A stretch of DNA of 55,323 bases, filler included, from Catajapyx aquilonaris (taxonomy: Eukaryota), in NCBI GenBank assembly GCA_000934665.2. It is 3 parts of 3 records of this genome, joined end to end, with 100 filler letters (N's around TTAATTAATTAA, not from the genome) between each part and the next. Parts side by side here need not be neighbours in the genome. Positions count along the whole stretch, not along the records: positions 18,484 to 36,863 come from KZ539581.1; positions 36,964 to 55,323 come from JYFJ02006717.1; 1 more part is not named here. The stretch is one strand, 5' to 3'. The notes under the pieces were generated by a model. The model saw only the letters and a program-made list of their open reading frames with translations, made no database searches and was not told the DNA's origin. Shown in pieces: positions 36,513 through 51,856 of this stretch (position 1 is the first letter of the stretch; each line of letters opens with the position of its first letter). A program made the position numbers and the translations under genes.

Positions 36513-36863
36513 CCTAGAACATATATTAAAGCATTTTATTGTAGTATAACTGTAAATTCAATTGTTATTCGGTCATTTTAAGGGTTGTGATTATATTTTA
36601 ACAGTCTCTTACGTAACATAAACTCAACAGAGCATACTATATTTATTATCTACAGCATCCCCAACGAAAGCAAGGAGCGGATATCTCGCAGCAACTATCG
36701 ATTATGTTCGTTTTTGCCCTGAGGGGAGAAGAAAAGGTCAGATGAAGGTAAGATTGGAGGTTACACCCCAGGTAACACAAGACATCCCAAGGACGTCCCA
36801 CTTTTATCCCATTCATCCCAGAAACATCCCGGACATTTGGGTCCAAAATAGGATGGCCCAGGG

Positions 36864-36963
36864 NNNNNNNNNNNNNNNNNNNNNNNNNNNNNNNNNNNNN
36901 NNNNNNNTTAATTAATTAANNNNNNNNNNNNNNNNNNNNNNNNNNNNNNNNNNNNNNNNNNNN
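36864..36963. other. Artificial scaffold-joining spacer (N44-TTAATTAATTAA-N44)
   Basis: Identical layout to the block at 18384-18483. Confidence 0.9.
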
Positions 36964-37104
36964 ATAAGGAGTTCCGGCATAGGAAATCAAACATAATTTT
37001 TCCAAAACTATTTTCAGTAGTGTCTTTAGAGGCCCTATTCAGCAAGTCCAACTGGGGGGGGAATCAAATTTGACTCAGGCATAAGTAACCTTTCACCCAC
37101 TCTA
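36964..37104. mobile_element. Terminus of a DNA transposon, possibly Academ-like
   Basis: The minus strand reads TAGAGTGGGTGAAAGGTTACTTATGCCTGAGTC, resembling TAG-initiated Academ termini from recollection only. The partner end is not in the window. Confidence 0.3.
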
Positions 37105-38034
37105 GCATTAGTGTCACCCATAAATATACAATTTTCATATACACACCCTGACAAATGGTCCCGCTCCAGCCCTTCATATATCCAGTTAATTAAAGAACAT
37201 GTCACGAGATGATAACGTCATCAAGGAATATTCCCCCATTCCATATTAAATTAGAGATATTTTATTCCAATCGTTTTTATGAGCAATACAGGGGGTAATG
37301 TGTTTTTATTTTTTCATTGGAAGTAATAGTCGGAAAAGCATAAGGAAACACATATCCCGAAGTGTACGATATCAGAGGTAAATTTTACAAAAATAAAACC
37401 TGAAAAATATGCAATATTTTATTTTATTTAATTTATTTATTTTGCTTACTACATTGGGAGAATCATCGCTCCTTTAGGGGGATAGAATACCACAATTTTT
37501 CCATCACCGATTTTCTGAATTGAAGCAGTGAGAACCAGATGTTGATAAGTCCATTTTTTGCGATTTTGAGAAAAGGGCAAATTCTAGGCCTCTATCAGGC
37601 ATATTTTCATAGAAAAATGATTTATCCCTGCCAGATGATTACTAGTCCCCTTTTCAGACCGGGATACTCTTAGCACCGAAGAGAAAATTCTTGCTAGATG
37701 TTGATAAGTCCAAAAAGGGCCTTCATAAAAAGTGTATTTATAATTATTGTAATCACATTCAGGCATAATAAATGGACTAAAATTAATTTAGGAGACATTA
37801 TTTCCCTGCATTTCCTCATTTTAGTGTTTTAAAAATTAACATAAAATTTCTGCAAGCCAGAAGTTGCTAAGTCCAAGACGGAAATAAATTTTTTCTCCTG
37901 CAGTGTTTACCTTACAATCGTAGTGATATCACATAAAAATTACCGAGACTGTAATGTCAAAGAAAGGTATGTCAAACATTATGTGAAACTGTCCTCTGCT
38001 CTCCTGAAAAATGGCATAAACTTCTGGTTCTCAT

Positions 38035-38300
38035 TTTTTTCTTTGAACACCGTGCAAGGGAGAAGGGACATCGGAAAGGGAATGGGGATGTTATGGGGAG
38101 AGGACATGGGTGCAAGTGCAATGTCTCAAACTGGGCCCTGTGCAGTCCCCCAGGAGGTTATTAGGTTGCCAGATACCTCCTTGGTGCAGGTCAGAGACCC
38201 TCCTGACGCAGGTGAAAGGAAAGTTCCCCAGGCGGGGATCGAACCTGGGGCCTTTCACTCAGCAAGACGAGACGTTACCATCTCGGCCACCACACTCCCC
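38035..38300 (-). mobile_element. tRNA-derived SINE
   Basis: Minus-strand head GGGGAGTGTGGTGGCCGAGATGG (A box)...GGTTCGATCCCCG (B box), with an A-rich tail near 38035-38044. Confidence 0.75.
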
Positions 38301-38487
38301 GATTATAAATTAATATTAGAATACTGTAGATTGCTGTGTTTTTAAAATCAATTACATTAAAATGACTTACAATACAGATCACCCTACTTTTAATCCCATC
38401 CCCAGAGTATAACATTACTTATCATCATTATATATTGCACTTGGTACATGTAATATTATTATTACATGTTAAATAATCCCTCTTCAG

Positions 38488-38573
38488 ATTGCATCAAGTT
38501 CTGTAAAAGGATTCGACCCAATGAGAAATCGGCTAGCCACCAACTGTGCTTGAAGGACAGATGCAAAATCTGA
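38488..38573 (+). CDS. Last exon of a secreted 4-Cys peptide (paralog A); signal-peptide exon not found in this scaffold piece
   Basis: TCTTCAG acceptor, then xCIKFCKRIRPNEKSASHQLCLKDRCKI*. The exon and 3' UTR (to ~38785) are homologous to 41555-41855. Confidence 0.7.
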
Positions 38574-40805
38574 CTAATTCCTGACAAGTACAGTATAGTA
38601 ATGGCGACCAGAGAGTGAGAAGTAATTGCAGCCAGTCGACAAGAGATGGACACGAGCAAGACTTACACTCTCCGGAGCAAGGATAATAAGCAGAAGATCA
38701 TATTCATGTTTCTATTCTGGGGGCAACCTCAATGAATAAATATGAATTGTGCAATATCCTGAGTCAATAAAACTGCAATGAACCGAAAGTTTCACCTATA
38801 CGTTATTAAAATTTTATTTGGCCAAATCTCTATCCTGGTAATTCCTATGCACCACATTCTGTATAGTAGAGAATGGTCGTCACGAACGTTTCAGTCAAAC
38901 TTGTGTAATACTATACACAGTACAAAGACCCTAGAGCAGGAACTTATCCTGGAGCGCAATAATATTGATTAGTTCCGGATGAGATTATTTTATGAAGTAT
39001 AACTCTGTGGTATATAGATACAAAAATTTATATAATTTTTTTTCAACTGGAAGCGAAGTGTTTGCTTTACCAGAGCTGCAAGAATATCTGCCATCTGAAG
39101 ATACAGTTTCCACACCGATTTAAACATCATGGGTGCATCTAATGATCATCGATAATTATATGCTGTGGTTTATTACATGTAAGTAAATGTTGTCTGTTTC
39201 CATACTTCTTCATTTACCTCTGGAATACTCTACTCTTCAGAACATGCGATGGAACAAATTGGGGAAGAGGAGGTAAGGAAGTGGGTCGAAATCCAGGCAA
39301 TTTAATTATATTATCATTAAAAAATTTATTACCGGTATATTGATTAGGTGGAAAGAATGGTCTCCATGGCTTTCACGAAACTGTAGTTGCAGCAAGTGGA
39401 CGCATCATGTCCATAATAAAGGATTGCAATTAGTATAATATCCCAATTACGTATGCAGGCGGACTGCACTATCACCTGTGAGTTCCGTGCTATCAATGTG
39501 ACAAAGGGTCATTTATAAGGACACAATGGCAGGCCCATGATTACTGTGGAATTGTACCTCAGGCATTGTTCAATCAAAGAGAATGCATTTCTGCAAAGCC
39601 AGATATAGGCTCACAGACTGATTCAATAATAATTGATCCTGGGTTAGACGTCCCTTTTTTTTAGGAAGGACCGGACAGTCCTTCTTTTGAGCACTCTGTC
39701 CTTTGTCCTTCGACGTTGATTTGTCCTTCTTTTTGGGACCCGTCTAAAAGTAAGTAACCTCTATGTCAATTTCCTGACCTGTACTACAACAGCGGGTAGT
39801 TTGGGAGCTGAAGCCCACAATAACCACTCTTGAAGACGGCTAATACAGGACAGAAACACAAAAATAGGCTTCCATTGATATGTGAACTAAGTTAGTCATG
39901 TTTAGTGTATCGATTCCAGAAAAAGTTAAAACAATAGTATTCATTTATTCACATATGCGCATGAGCAAAATTTTCTTTAAGGTGTGAAGGTTATTATCTG
40001 TCAATCGGTGTTATTTTATATCCCATAGTTTTTCCACAATAAATACGGCGCGTTATTTATTGACTGCCACCGAATATTATATTTACAGAATGAATCCATG
40101 CGTAAAATAATTATGTAGCATTAAGGTTAGAAAATTATTATTTTTTAAAATACCACAGACTAGCATTTCTTTCCTTATAGTGTCATTTGACGTATAAACT
40201 ATCTTAAGTACCGGTATTTATGTTGTATATTTTCCGAGACTCTTTATATATTTCAACTCATCATAAATCATGTTTGATTTAGGTTAAATTTTTATGCTTA
40301 TGGCATCATTCATTAGTGTGTTAAGTGCAATATATTGTAACTTGGGTATTTTGGTTATCATGAAGTAAAACGGTATATTCATTATATGCCGTACCGTATA
40401 TTATATACCGTATAATTATATCCTAAATTCACAGCAGATGTAGCCTTCTTTTTGGAGATTTGGAAATGGTTACCCTATGCTTACCACACAATTTGCCTTC
40501 GCTAAAATCCTTTCATTATAGCTATACATAACGTATGATAAGTACTATTCTGCCAGAAATTATGTTGGCCTTGTGCTCATTATCAGATAATAATACTTGG
40601 CACTATTCTGATTCAATGGAAATGAATAGAAAATGGCTTGATTAACGCAGTTGAGCGGGTAATATTGCAAGGTGCAGAATGACAGCAGATTCCGGGTGAA
40701 TTATTGAGGTGTATAATATTATAAGGGTAATGATCATCGATGAATTTATTCGAAACATTATCTTGAGGATTGCTGGATCAGATCAGAACCCCGAGCACTA
40801 CAGAC

Positions 40806-41646
40806 ATGGCTTCGAAGATGAAGATTCTGCTGGCTCTCATCCTGGTCGTCGCATTAATCTTTGTCGCTGTTGAAGCCGGCGAAAAGAAGTATAAACCGAA
40901 GCTAAATAAGCCAAGTAAAATGATTAACTTACTACCTCTCCAAACCCACCACGTCTCTTCCTATATCCCCGTGTCAAATTTATTAAAATTCTTGTATAAT
41001 AAATTGTAAAAAAATTCGATTAGAATTTCTCCATAAAGTTTATAATGATGATACCCATCGATTTTTTTAAGACAGCAACTTCATCAAAAAATTAGTAGTA
41101 AAGAAGTCTGTAGGAAAATGTGCTTGATGTCTTGTTCTAGCAACTTTAATTTGTACACTTTTGAGTTGCAATTATGATTGTGTAGAACCTTATAACTCTT
41201 GTTATAACTAAGCAAGGAATGTCAGAAAATCAGCAGTCTTCATCAATACACCAGCTTGTAAATTAATAACCATCTACTAGAACATCAAATAACATGCAGA
41301 CACTAGTGAAAGAAAATACAGGAAGTACCCGTTTTACGCCGCTCCATTAACGCCGGTTTTAAATATTATTACATTTAAATTTTTATCGGGAATTTTTGAG
41401 AAAAATTGAAGATAACAGCACAATATTTCAACTTCAAATTAATTTCATTATTTTAACATTTTAACGTATTTTAAACATTCACGTTCAAATATGATTGGAA
41501 GTCACTAAATATAAAATTATTATTATTACGTTTTTAAAAAAAATCCCTCTTCAGATTGCATCAGGTTCTGCAGAAAGATTCATCCCGATGAGAAATCGAA
41601 TAGCTACAAACTGTGCTTGAGGGAGAGATGCGACATTCTTGACTAA
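40806..41646 (+). CDS. Secreted cationic 4-Cys peptide precursor, 66 aa (paralog B)
   Basis: Exon 1 (40806-40914) encodes MASKMKILLALILVVALIFVAVEA-GEKKYKPKLNKP. A phase-1 GT-AG intron follows. Exon 2 (41555-41646) encodes NCIRFCRKIHPDEKSNSYKLCLRERCDILD*. A TATA-like TATAAG lies near 40720 and AATAAA near 41802 and 41834. Confidence 0.8.
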
Positions 41647-42753
41647 TTCCTGACGAGCATACAGTAGTGGCTACCAGAGAGTGAGAAGTAATTGCAGCCA
41701 GTTGACAAGAGATGGACAAGAGCAAGATTTACACTCTCCGGAGCAAGGATGATAAAGCAGAAGATCATATTCATGTTTCTATGCTGGGGGCAACCTCAAT
41801 GAATAAAATATGAATTGTGCAATATCTTCAGTCAATAAAACTGCAATGAACCGATAATATTTTACCATTCGTTTTTTTCAGGCTCTACCTTCTTTATTTT
41901 CCAACAATAATATTTGAAGCTCATATGTAGACTGTATTGTGAAGGCTGGTAAGGTCCGTGGGGTAAGTTGTTGATTGCCACAATAAATGAAGAGTGCTCC
42001 TTATATACTACATGAAGAATTATAACCAGCTATTACTCTTCATAACCATGCGTAACTATGAAAAGGTAACTGATGCAAAAACAAGCAGCTTATCCTTCAA
42101 GTATTCGGAAAGGCAAACCTGTAATGTACTGCCCTCATATAAAATTGTTATTGATGGGTTCATTGGGTTGATTATTAAAATAATATCAGCGTACCGGTAC
42201 CAAGAACAATGCCGGTTCCGTAATTTGCGAAACTGCGCCTTCACAATGCAATAGCAGTTGCGGTGCATAATAATGAGCATACGACTATTGTGACTGGATT
42301 GCATTGTTGTAGTAATTACGCAATGAGCAAGATAATAAACTGCATCTGTGGAATGTTTTGGCTAACAATGCGTGGATATTCTTCACTGATCTTCTAAAAA
42401 TTACTGAAATAATTGTGTGCATATTTTTATCCGTCTCACACTATAGCGGCTTTTTCTGAGGGAAATAACTTGGAATCGGAATTCCTCGATATTTTTTAAG
42501 CGGAAATTTGCGGAGTATTTTTGACACGAAAAATCATTCTCTTATCTATTGTATAAACATACAGTATGGTACGTATAAGAAACTGGGTCGCACAAAACAA
42601 TCTATTGGGCGACAGTATTATTAATCTTGCAGTTGAATCTGACTCATGTGATACATTATCAGCGACTACAGCAGAAAGCACAAGCACGAGAGATATTGAA
42701 ACATTTATTTCCTTATTGCAACTGGAAGCAAACCGTCTTGTGAATAGTCAGTG

Positions 42754-45060
<2,307 letters not shown>

Positions 45061-45398
45061 AATAGAGCAGATATAAATGTGTCACATAATGTAATTAAGC
45101 ATTATTTGTGTTCTCTTTGTGTATAAATTAATAAATAATCATGGCAGAGTCTGGTATTAAAAATTAGTAAAAAATTGTCGTGGTGCTCCTTCGAATGTTC
45201 GTCAAATTCCTATATTAATGACATCTGTTGTACATCAGTGCTCGTGATAATTATCTTTGCACACCCGTGACTGATTATATCTGTGCTTTATCTACAATAT
45301 ATCAGTACATTGACAAAGACAAGGGCACAAGGGCAGTGGAATTGTCTCACCAGCACTTTCTGGCGACAAACTGAATAGGCTATACATTTCAACTTAAA

Positions 45399-47482
45399 AT
45401 GGATTACACAAAGTACGTCAATCCCGACTCGCTTAAGAGAATACCAAGCGTTATTCGTGAATTATGTAAGTACAATACCTACTTGCACTCGGAAAGTGTC
45501 CTGTGTCATTTCTGCATTTTTTTAAATCTCCCTGCAGCAAAGACCAAAGACAGCCTATCTCCAGACACAATCACCCTCTCTGCAGGTGTACCTGACCCTA
45601 ACACTTTCCCATTTGAAGAGATCAATGTGACAACTCGTGATGGTCACACCATCAACCTGAAAGGAGACAATCTAAACAGAGCTCTCCAATATCTCGCCAC
45701 TCCTGGGCAATTATTTTCATTATTACTTTTAAATGGCTCTGTATAGGGTTAAACTAATTAATATTCTGTCACAGGTTGCCCGAACTTAAGTGTCTGCTGA
45801 AGGATATCCAGGTTAAAGTTCACAACCCTCCAATGTGGGAAGAAAGGGAAGTTTTGGTCATAGCTGGTGCTCAGCATGGACTCAGCATGACCATCGAGGC
45901 CTTCCTGACCACTGGTGACGCATTTGTGGTGCCCGAAGCAATCTATCCAGGAGTCACAAACTCAGTAATCACGAGCTTCATTACATATATGTTTGATTAG
46001 CGAAAAATTAAATATGTTAATATTCTCAGGCAAGTCGGTTCGACCCGGAGTATCTTCCTGTGGGCGAAGATTCAGATGGAATGAGGCCGGATTTGCTGAA
46101 AAAAGTGCTGGAAGAAAGAAAGGAGTCTGGAAAAGCAATGGCCAAGCTCATGTACGTGAGTCCCACTGGAGGGAACCCGACTGGAACGTGCATACCGCTG
46201 GACAGGAAGAAAGAAATTTACCAGATAGCATCGCACTATGACCTCATAATCCTAGAGGACGACCCATACTACTACTTACACTTTCAAGAAGTGCGTGTAA
46301 TGTGGGTCAATTTTCATTCCTTTTATTAATTTTTTTCACTTTTAAATATAGGATTTGACACCAAGCTTCTTGTCTCTGGACGTGGACGGTCGAGTCATCC
46401 GGGTCGATTCCTTCTCCAAAGTCATCAGTTCTGGGCTTAGAATCGGGTTTACCACGGCTCCAAAAGCCATCTCTCAGATTTTTGAGCTTCACATGCAATC
46501 CACAGTCTTCCATGCTGCTTCGCTGTCACAGGTAAGGGAGAGTATAAATCCACAGCCATAATCCACAATCCATAAAGAGAAAAGAGGGATGAAGATAATT
46601 TGCCAAGCAACCTGCTTATAATTTTTTAAAGAAACAATCACGAGTACAGAAAATAATGAGTCCAACTGCTCATCTTCATTTTTTTTGTTTATAAAAGTAA
46701 ACAATCCACATATCCTTATCGTCATCTTTGTGTATTCATGGAAAGTTCACAGTTCTCTACTTTTTCGCATATTTAACAGCAAATTATTCTAGAAAGTTGA
46801 AGGTGATTTTCTGAGGAAAAAATGTACAACCTCCATTTGTCAGTTTATAGAGCCTTAATTTTGGCAACAATGAAACGATGACGCTGGAACACCCTTGGTG
46901 TATTTACAGGTGTTAACCCTGGAACTGCTACAGCAATGGGGCTTTTCCGGTCTGATGCAGCACACGAGAAAGCTTCAGCAGGAATACAAAAAGAAGAGAG
47001 ACGGGATGCTGGCAGCTGCTGAGAGACACTTACAAGGTACAGGCTGTATAGTCTGCTAAATCCCGTATAGACATCAACTGATATGTTGTGTCTCTCTGGT
47101 GATTCAGGTTTGGCCGAATGGAATGTGCCTAATGGAGGTATGTTTCTGTGGATAAATGTGAAGGGAATCAAAAGTACTAAGGAGATGATGATGGAAAGAG
47201 GACCGAAGAAAAAGGTGATTCTGGCTCCAGGATTTGCCTTCCAGACAGACAGGACCAAACCATCATGTCACCTGAGAGCCTCGTTTTCTTCTGCTTCGGA
47301 TAAAGACATGGACGTTGTAAGCATTTTTTTTAAATTTCTAGATTTTAGTACAAATTCAAACGTGCATTGTATAAAATGGATTTTCACAATAATTATTATT
47401 GCTTGTTTTTCAGGCATTTTCTCGGCTGGCGGAGCTTATCAGAGAAGAGCAACATAATAATGGTAGTAATGGTTCTGTGTGA
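45399..47482 (+). CDS. AADAT: Kynurenine/alpha-aminoadipate aminotransferase, copy 2, 423 aa
   Basis: Exons 45399-45465, 45538-45706, 45775-45964, 46030-46290, 46352-46531, 46910-47036, 47108-47316 and 47414-47482. Exons 1-7 have the same lengths as in copy 1. Intron 2 has a GC donor. Confidence 0.88.
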
Positions 47483-47788
47483 CACAATAAATGAATTTCC
47501 CCACTTCTTAGCTTTGACAATGTCACTGCAGCTTGTATACTTTATTCGATCGTTAGTATAGGCTATAGGGAGTGCAACAGCAAATACAGGGGGATTCACT
47601 GTGCAAAAAATACACAATTATTCTTTATTGAAAAAATTCAATTATTTACTTTTCCATCAGCGTCCTACTATTTAATTATTATTTGGGTAACCAGTCAACA
47701 GTCGCAACTGTCAACAATTAGGTAACGATGCATTAGGAAAGAGAAAGAACATTTTCCAGAGACAGATCCTTTCGAACATCTTGTCCTC

Positions 47789-48639
47789 ATGATGAACATC
47801 ATGATGGTGTCACCACCAGATTACTCCACGATTTTTGATGTGTTTGTAAGAATATTGTCAGCTGCGTGCCTGTTTCACTCCCTGAAACGAGCGTTGGTCA
47901 ACGGGGCCAACGGTATCCCCATCAAACGAAGAGCCCTCATCACTATTTTCATCACCGTCGTCATAAGTGAAGATGATATCTACCACTGTGCCGCAGGGTT
48001 TGGCTTACTCTGGCGGTACACCGGACACGCTTTGGCTCTTCAGATAAAACATTCTTTCAAAGGTAAAGGTCAAATTTTGGACACAGATTTTGAAGTAAAG
48101 TATATAGAGCCGATGCTTTGCAGAACTCTGCAGTCAGCACATTCTGGCCTAAAAAGTGCTCAAGTGATTTTTTGCTTCTTGGGTTTCTAGTCTGGTTGAT
48201 GGGCTTCATGGCACCCTCATCTGACAAAGGGTTCCTGATAATCAGCCTTTCACCCCTGGTTGCGATGGCACCCATAGTGCTGGCCATTGTTGTTGCTCTC
48301 ATCGCCAAGAGTAACGCAAATCGTAACCGGAACCGCCTTGCTGTGCGGTGAGGACCATATTTGGATCAACACTGTTGGGAGATTAACATGCTTTAAAAAC
48401 ACAACTGATTTTATTCTAGTGCAATGGATAGAGTTGTTGGAGGTCCGCAAGAGGCCAAGGAGATGTTGTTGCCTATTGAGATCCTGTGCGTTGTGTGTCT
48501 GGAGCATCAAAGGAGCATTGTCCTCTTGCCATGCAGGCATCTCTGCATTTGCGACAATTGCTACCAGACCACAGACATCCATCGGTGCTTCATGTGCAGA
48601 AGGAGGGTCAGGAAGGTCATGCGCAAGGTGTACATTTAG
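47789..48639 (+). CDS. Multi-pass membrane protein with C-terminal C3HC4 RING (RNF26-like architecture), 235 aa
   Basis: Exons 47789-48062, 48134-48347 and 48420-48639 are phase compatible. Hydrophobic segments precede CVVCLEHQRSIVLLPCRHLCICDNC...CFMCR...VYI*. Confidence 0.75.
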
Positions 48640-48890
48640 GGGACGGACCACAATCAGAAAGCACGAAAAGGACAAAAAAAAATCTGGTTTAAGCAAATGT
48701 GCACGGTTACTTATTCATTGAATTCATGTGGAAAATAATAAAGTCGTAGAAAAGTGCAGAGTATGAAAGTTTGGACGACGACTTCTGTCATTTACGGTTA
48801 CCATGGATTAGAAAATTGAGTCTTCATAATAATTATTTAAACCATGGAATCGTACTTGTTGCCAATTTTTCTGTTCTGAACCCAACGTAT

Positions 48891-49427
48891 ATGGCGAGTC
48901 TCTTCCCAAATTCTCAAAATTCCTCAGTGATGGACCATATATTTTCGTATGTAATGGATCTCATCCCAGGTTCATACGCCCTGCCCATTGGCTACAAGGT
49001 GGGCTCCATATGGACAGGGGTCACAATCGCAATGTGGGCCACCCCTTGGTTGACCATAGCCAACCTGCTGCTGGGGATAGCCATGCTCCTCGTTATGATC
49101 CGGACCATCACCTCGACATTCGAGTACGTGCGACGGCTGACCCTGGAAGCCGTGGCAGTCGTCGAGGTCACGTCGCAGGAGCTGCTGAGGAAGGGTGTTG
49201 ACGCAGTGGGGACGCCCCTGCAGAGCCAGAGGGTGACGTCTCTCGTCTCCGTAGTCAAGACGTGGGCCTCCCAGACCTTCATCTTAGGACGATGGACCAT
49301 GGGCCTGAGCGCCTTCTTCTACGGGTTGGCTCTATTCATTATCAGCTATGTGGTCGGCGCCGCCTTCTACTTTCTCTCTGGTGCAGTGACTTACTTCAAC
49401 GGCTTGGGTGCTGTCAAATCTCAGTGA
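48891..49427 (+). CDS. Uncharacterised intronless membrane protein, 178 aa
   Basis: GC-richer than its flanks, with several hydrophobic stretches (WLTIANLLLGIAMLLVMI; LSAFFYGLALFIISYVVGAAFYFL). AATAAA lies ~20 nt after the stop. Confidence 0.55.
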   Translation: MASLFPNSQNSSVMDHIFSYVMDLIPGSYALPIGYKVGSIWTGVTIAMWATPWLTIANLLLGIAMLLVMIRTITSTFEYVRRLTLEAVAVVEVTSQELLRKGVDAVGTPLQSQRVTSLVSVVKTWASQTFILGRWTMGLSAFFYGLALFIISYVVGAAFYFLSGAVTYFNGLGAVKSQ

Positions 49428-49850
49428 TTGTCCAACAAAGATAAATAATAAATTGTTGTGTATGGATGCAGCAAGAATTTAGTGTTTTATTTCGGGGTAA
49501 TGGAATTTGCAAATCGTTGTCACATGGAAGAGTCTGCTTCTAAATAGCCTGTGCCCAGCTTAATGAACGCTCGAAACACAAAATGACCAATAAACAGACA
49601 GTTTCATTTTGGGAAACGGTCACATATTTGGACGGGACTAATATTATTCCCTACTTGGAGAGATTAATATTAAGGAGCATAATTTTCATACCAACACAAG
49701 TCCAGCACGTGAGTATAGGTTTACATAACTAATGCTTTCTCAGAGAGTCAGAAGTAAGCATTGGAAGCATTAGCGCTTTATTATTTCTGAATAGCTCCCT
49801 ATAGGCTATGATTTGTCCCTTTTTCGTAACAGCAGGGTAACCCTGATGCC

Positions 49851-50744
49851 CTTGTGTGCAGGCCATACCCGCTCATCTTTTGGATCCTGTTTTTCTCAAC
49901 TCTCATTGTCTGCTCGATAGCCATACGAAAGCTGTCATACCATACTCCTGGAAGCCAGTCGCAGATGAACAGGAAGAGTCTCTTGAGCTCATTGAACATT
50001 ATGGTGAGATCCATGATCGACCAGGCTATCCCTTTTCCGAAAGCGGGTCACTTCCTGGTGCTGGCCTCTTTTCTTCTCTTCTTCGCAATGGTGGTCACCA
50101 CAGGATACAAGGCCAAGTTGGTCGCTTTCCTGACCTACCCTCCAAGGGAATTTGTTCCTGTCGATTACCAGCAATTGGTTCAGTCAGACTGGCAGTACGA
50201 GGCTGAACAACTGGAATTCTTCATAATGACAAAGTACGGGAGTCTTGTCAAAGGAAAGGTGCACGAGAAGTTTATGAAGAACATGAAGCTGGGTGGGAGT
50301 GTCCAGAGTTGTCTAGACAGAGCCATGGAAGATAAGCTAGCATGAGTCGGAACCGACCTGTTCCTGATTAGAGATATGATTGTATCGCTTCAGAGACACA
50401 TCCACTGGGTCACCTACTATCCTGATGTCTGAAGAGCTTAGATTTCCGACGTACGCTGCAGGCGGAGTCTCCCGTGGAAACACAGCTGGGTACTTCCTAA
50501 CTGAAAAATTCGTCCGGATGGCAGTGGAAACAGCCTTGCCATTCAGGATCCAAGACCACTACACGTACAGTACATGCTGTTCCTTAAGTCATTAAAATAT
50601 ATCAGAGCGCAGGAGGCCAAGAAAGCTGAGCACGAGGACGACGTGTTGACCGTCAGAAAACTCGCAGCCATATTTGACATTTGGTTAGTAGGTTTGGCAA
50701 TCTCTCTCCTAGGCTTCATTCTAGAGCTGATGATGTACCAATGA
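49851..50744 (+). pseudogene. Divergent ionotropic receptor (IR) pseudogene, 5'-truncated
   Basis: RPYPLIFW (pre-M1/M1), VRSMIDQ (pore), VVTTGYKAKLVAFLTYP (M3) and LTVRKLAAIFDIWLVGLAISLLGFILE (M4). Premature TGA at 50343-50345 and at least two frameshifts. Confidence 0.85.
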
Positions 50745-51856
50745 TGCAGCAGACACAAGGGTATAAGGAAACCATATCCGTTTTTACCATGAATATAACA
50801 GAAATGACTCGTTAGAATTTGTGGCTATAAGAATACATTGTGACCTCAACATGTTCTGCAGCAAAATTCTCTTTTGCATAAAAGCTGGCGTACTTTATAG
50901 ATTAAGGTGTGCTTAATCCACATCCGAAGTCAGAATGGCTCTATCACGTACATCCTTTGAAAAAACTCGAATTTTGGGAGATACGACACTTAAATCAAGA
51001 ATCGTTGTTTTTCACAGTTGTCGTAGTGTATTTCCAGGACTGCGTAAGGGTTTTCTCCGCAGGACAGCCCTAACCAATGATATACGTTTTTGTATATGTG
51101 TAAAAGGTACGAGAGGGAGTCGGCCAAGGACAGTCGATTATAATATTGTTGAGGTCACAATATACGAGGCATTCTTGCCATGCGTACCCTTCGGCATGTG
51201 ACCAATGAAATGCTATAAAAATTTATTTTTACATTTTAGAGGAAAACTAATTCCATAGGCGCATTTTTCTGGTGTTCTGGCTGAATTTTATAGGCATCAT
51301 TAAGGAATAGATGAGTACATCTGGGATCCGAGGCGGTATAGCGACATTAGGCCCACTTGATTCGGAAAGACCCCTAGTAAACCGTCCAAAGTTTTAAAAC
51401 GATATATCTCTAAAGCTGTACGTGATAGAGAAAATATGTTGCCGGATTCGGATTCAGCACCCCAAAATCCATAAAAAGGATATAAAAGTTTTCAAAAGAG
51501 TGAAAGAGAGTATATTTTTTTTGCAGAACCGTGTAATTTTTGAACCTAGGGTTTTGGTCAATATCTCGTCAAAGGTGCAAGATATCTTAGAAATAACGAC
51601 ATTTCACCCCCAAAGGGCCACAACCTTTCATGTTTAGGCCGGGTAAGTGTACTCGCACACCAAAGACCGAAAACCCGGAAGTTGCGTCACTTACGCCCCT
51701 GGCGGAGCCGTAGGATATTAACCCACATGACTCAGATTTTTTACCTGTCAAAAGGATTGCCCAACACAACTTTTTTTCACTAGCGAACTACAACTTTCGA
51801 AAAAAAGTGTTTTTCGAGCCGCCCTATTGTACGTGGTTATATGTAATATTATTATT

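Noticed and set aside
39810..39870. TTGAAGA...GAAAC resembling a Penelope-type hammerhead ribozyme core
   Set aside because: The core is mismatched and I could not build the required stems.
50900..51830. Probable DNA-transposon remnants
   Set aside because: No paired termini or TSD could be established.
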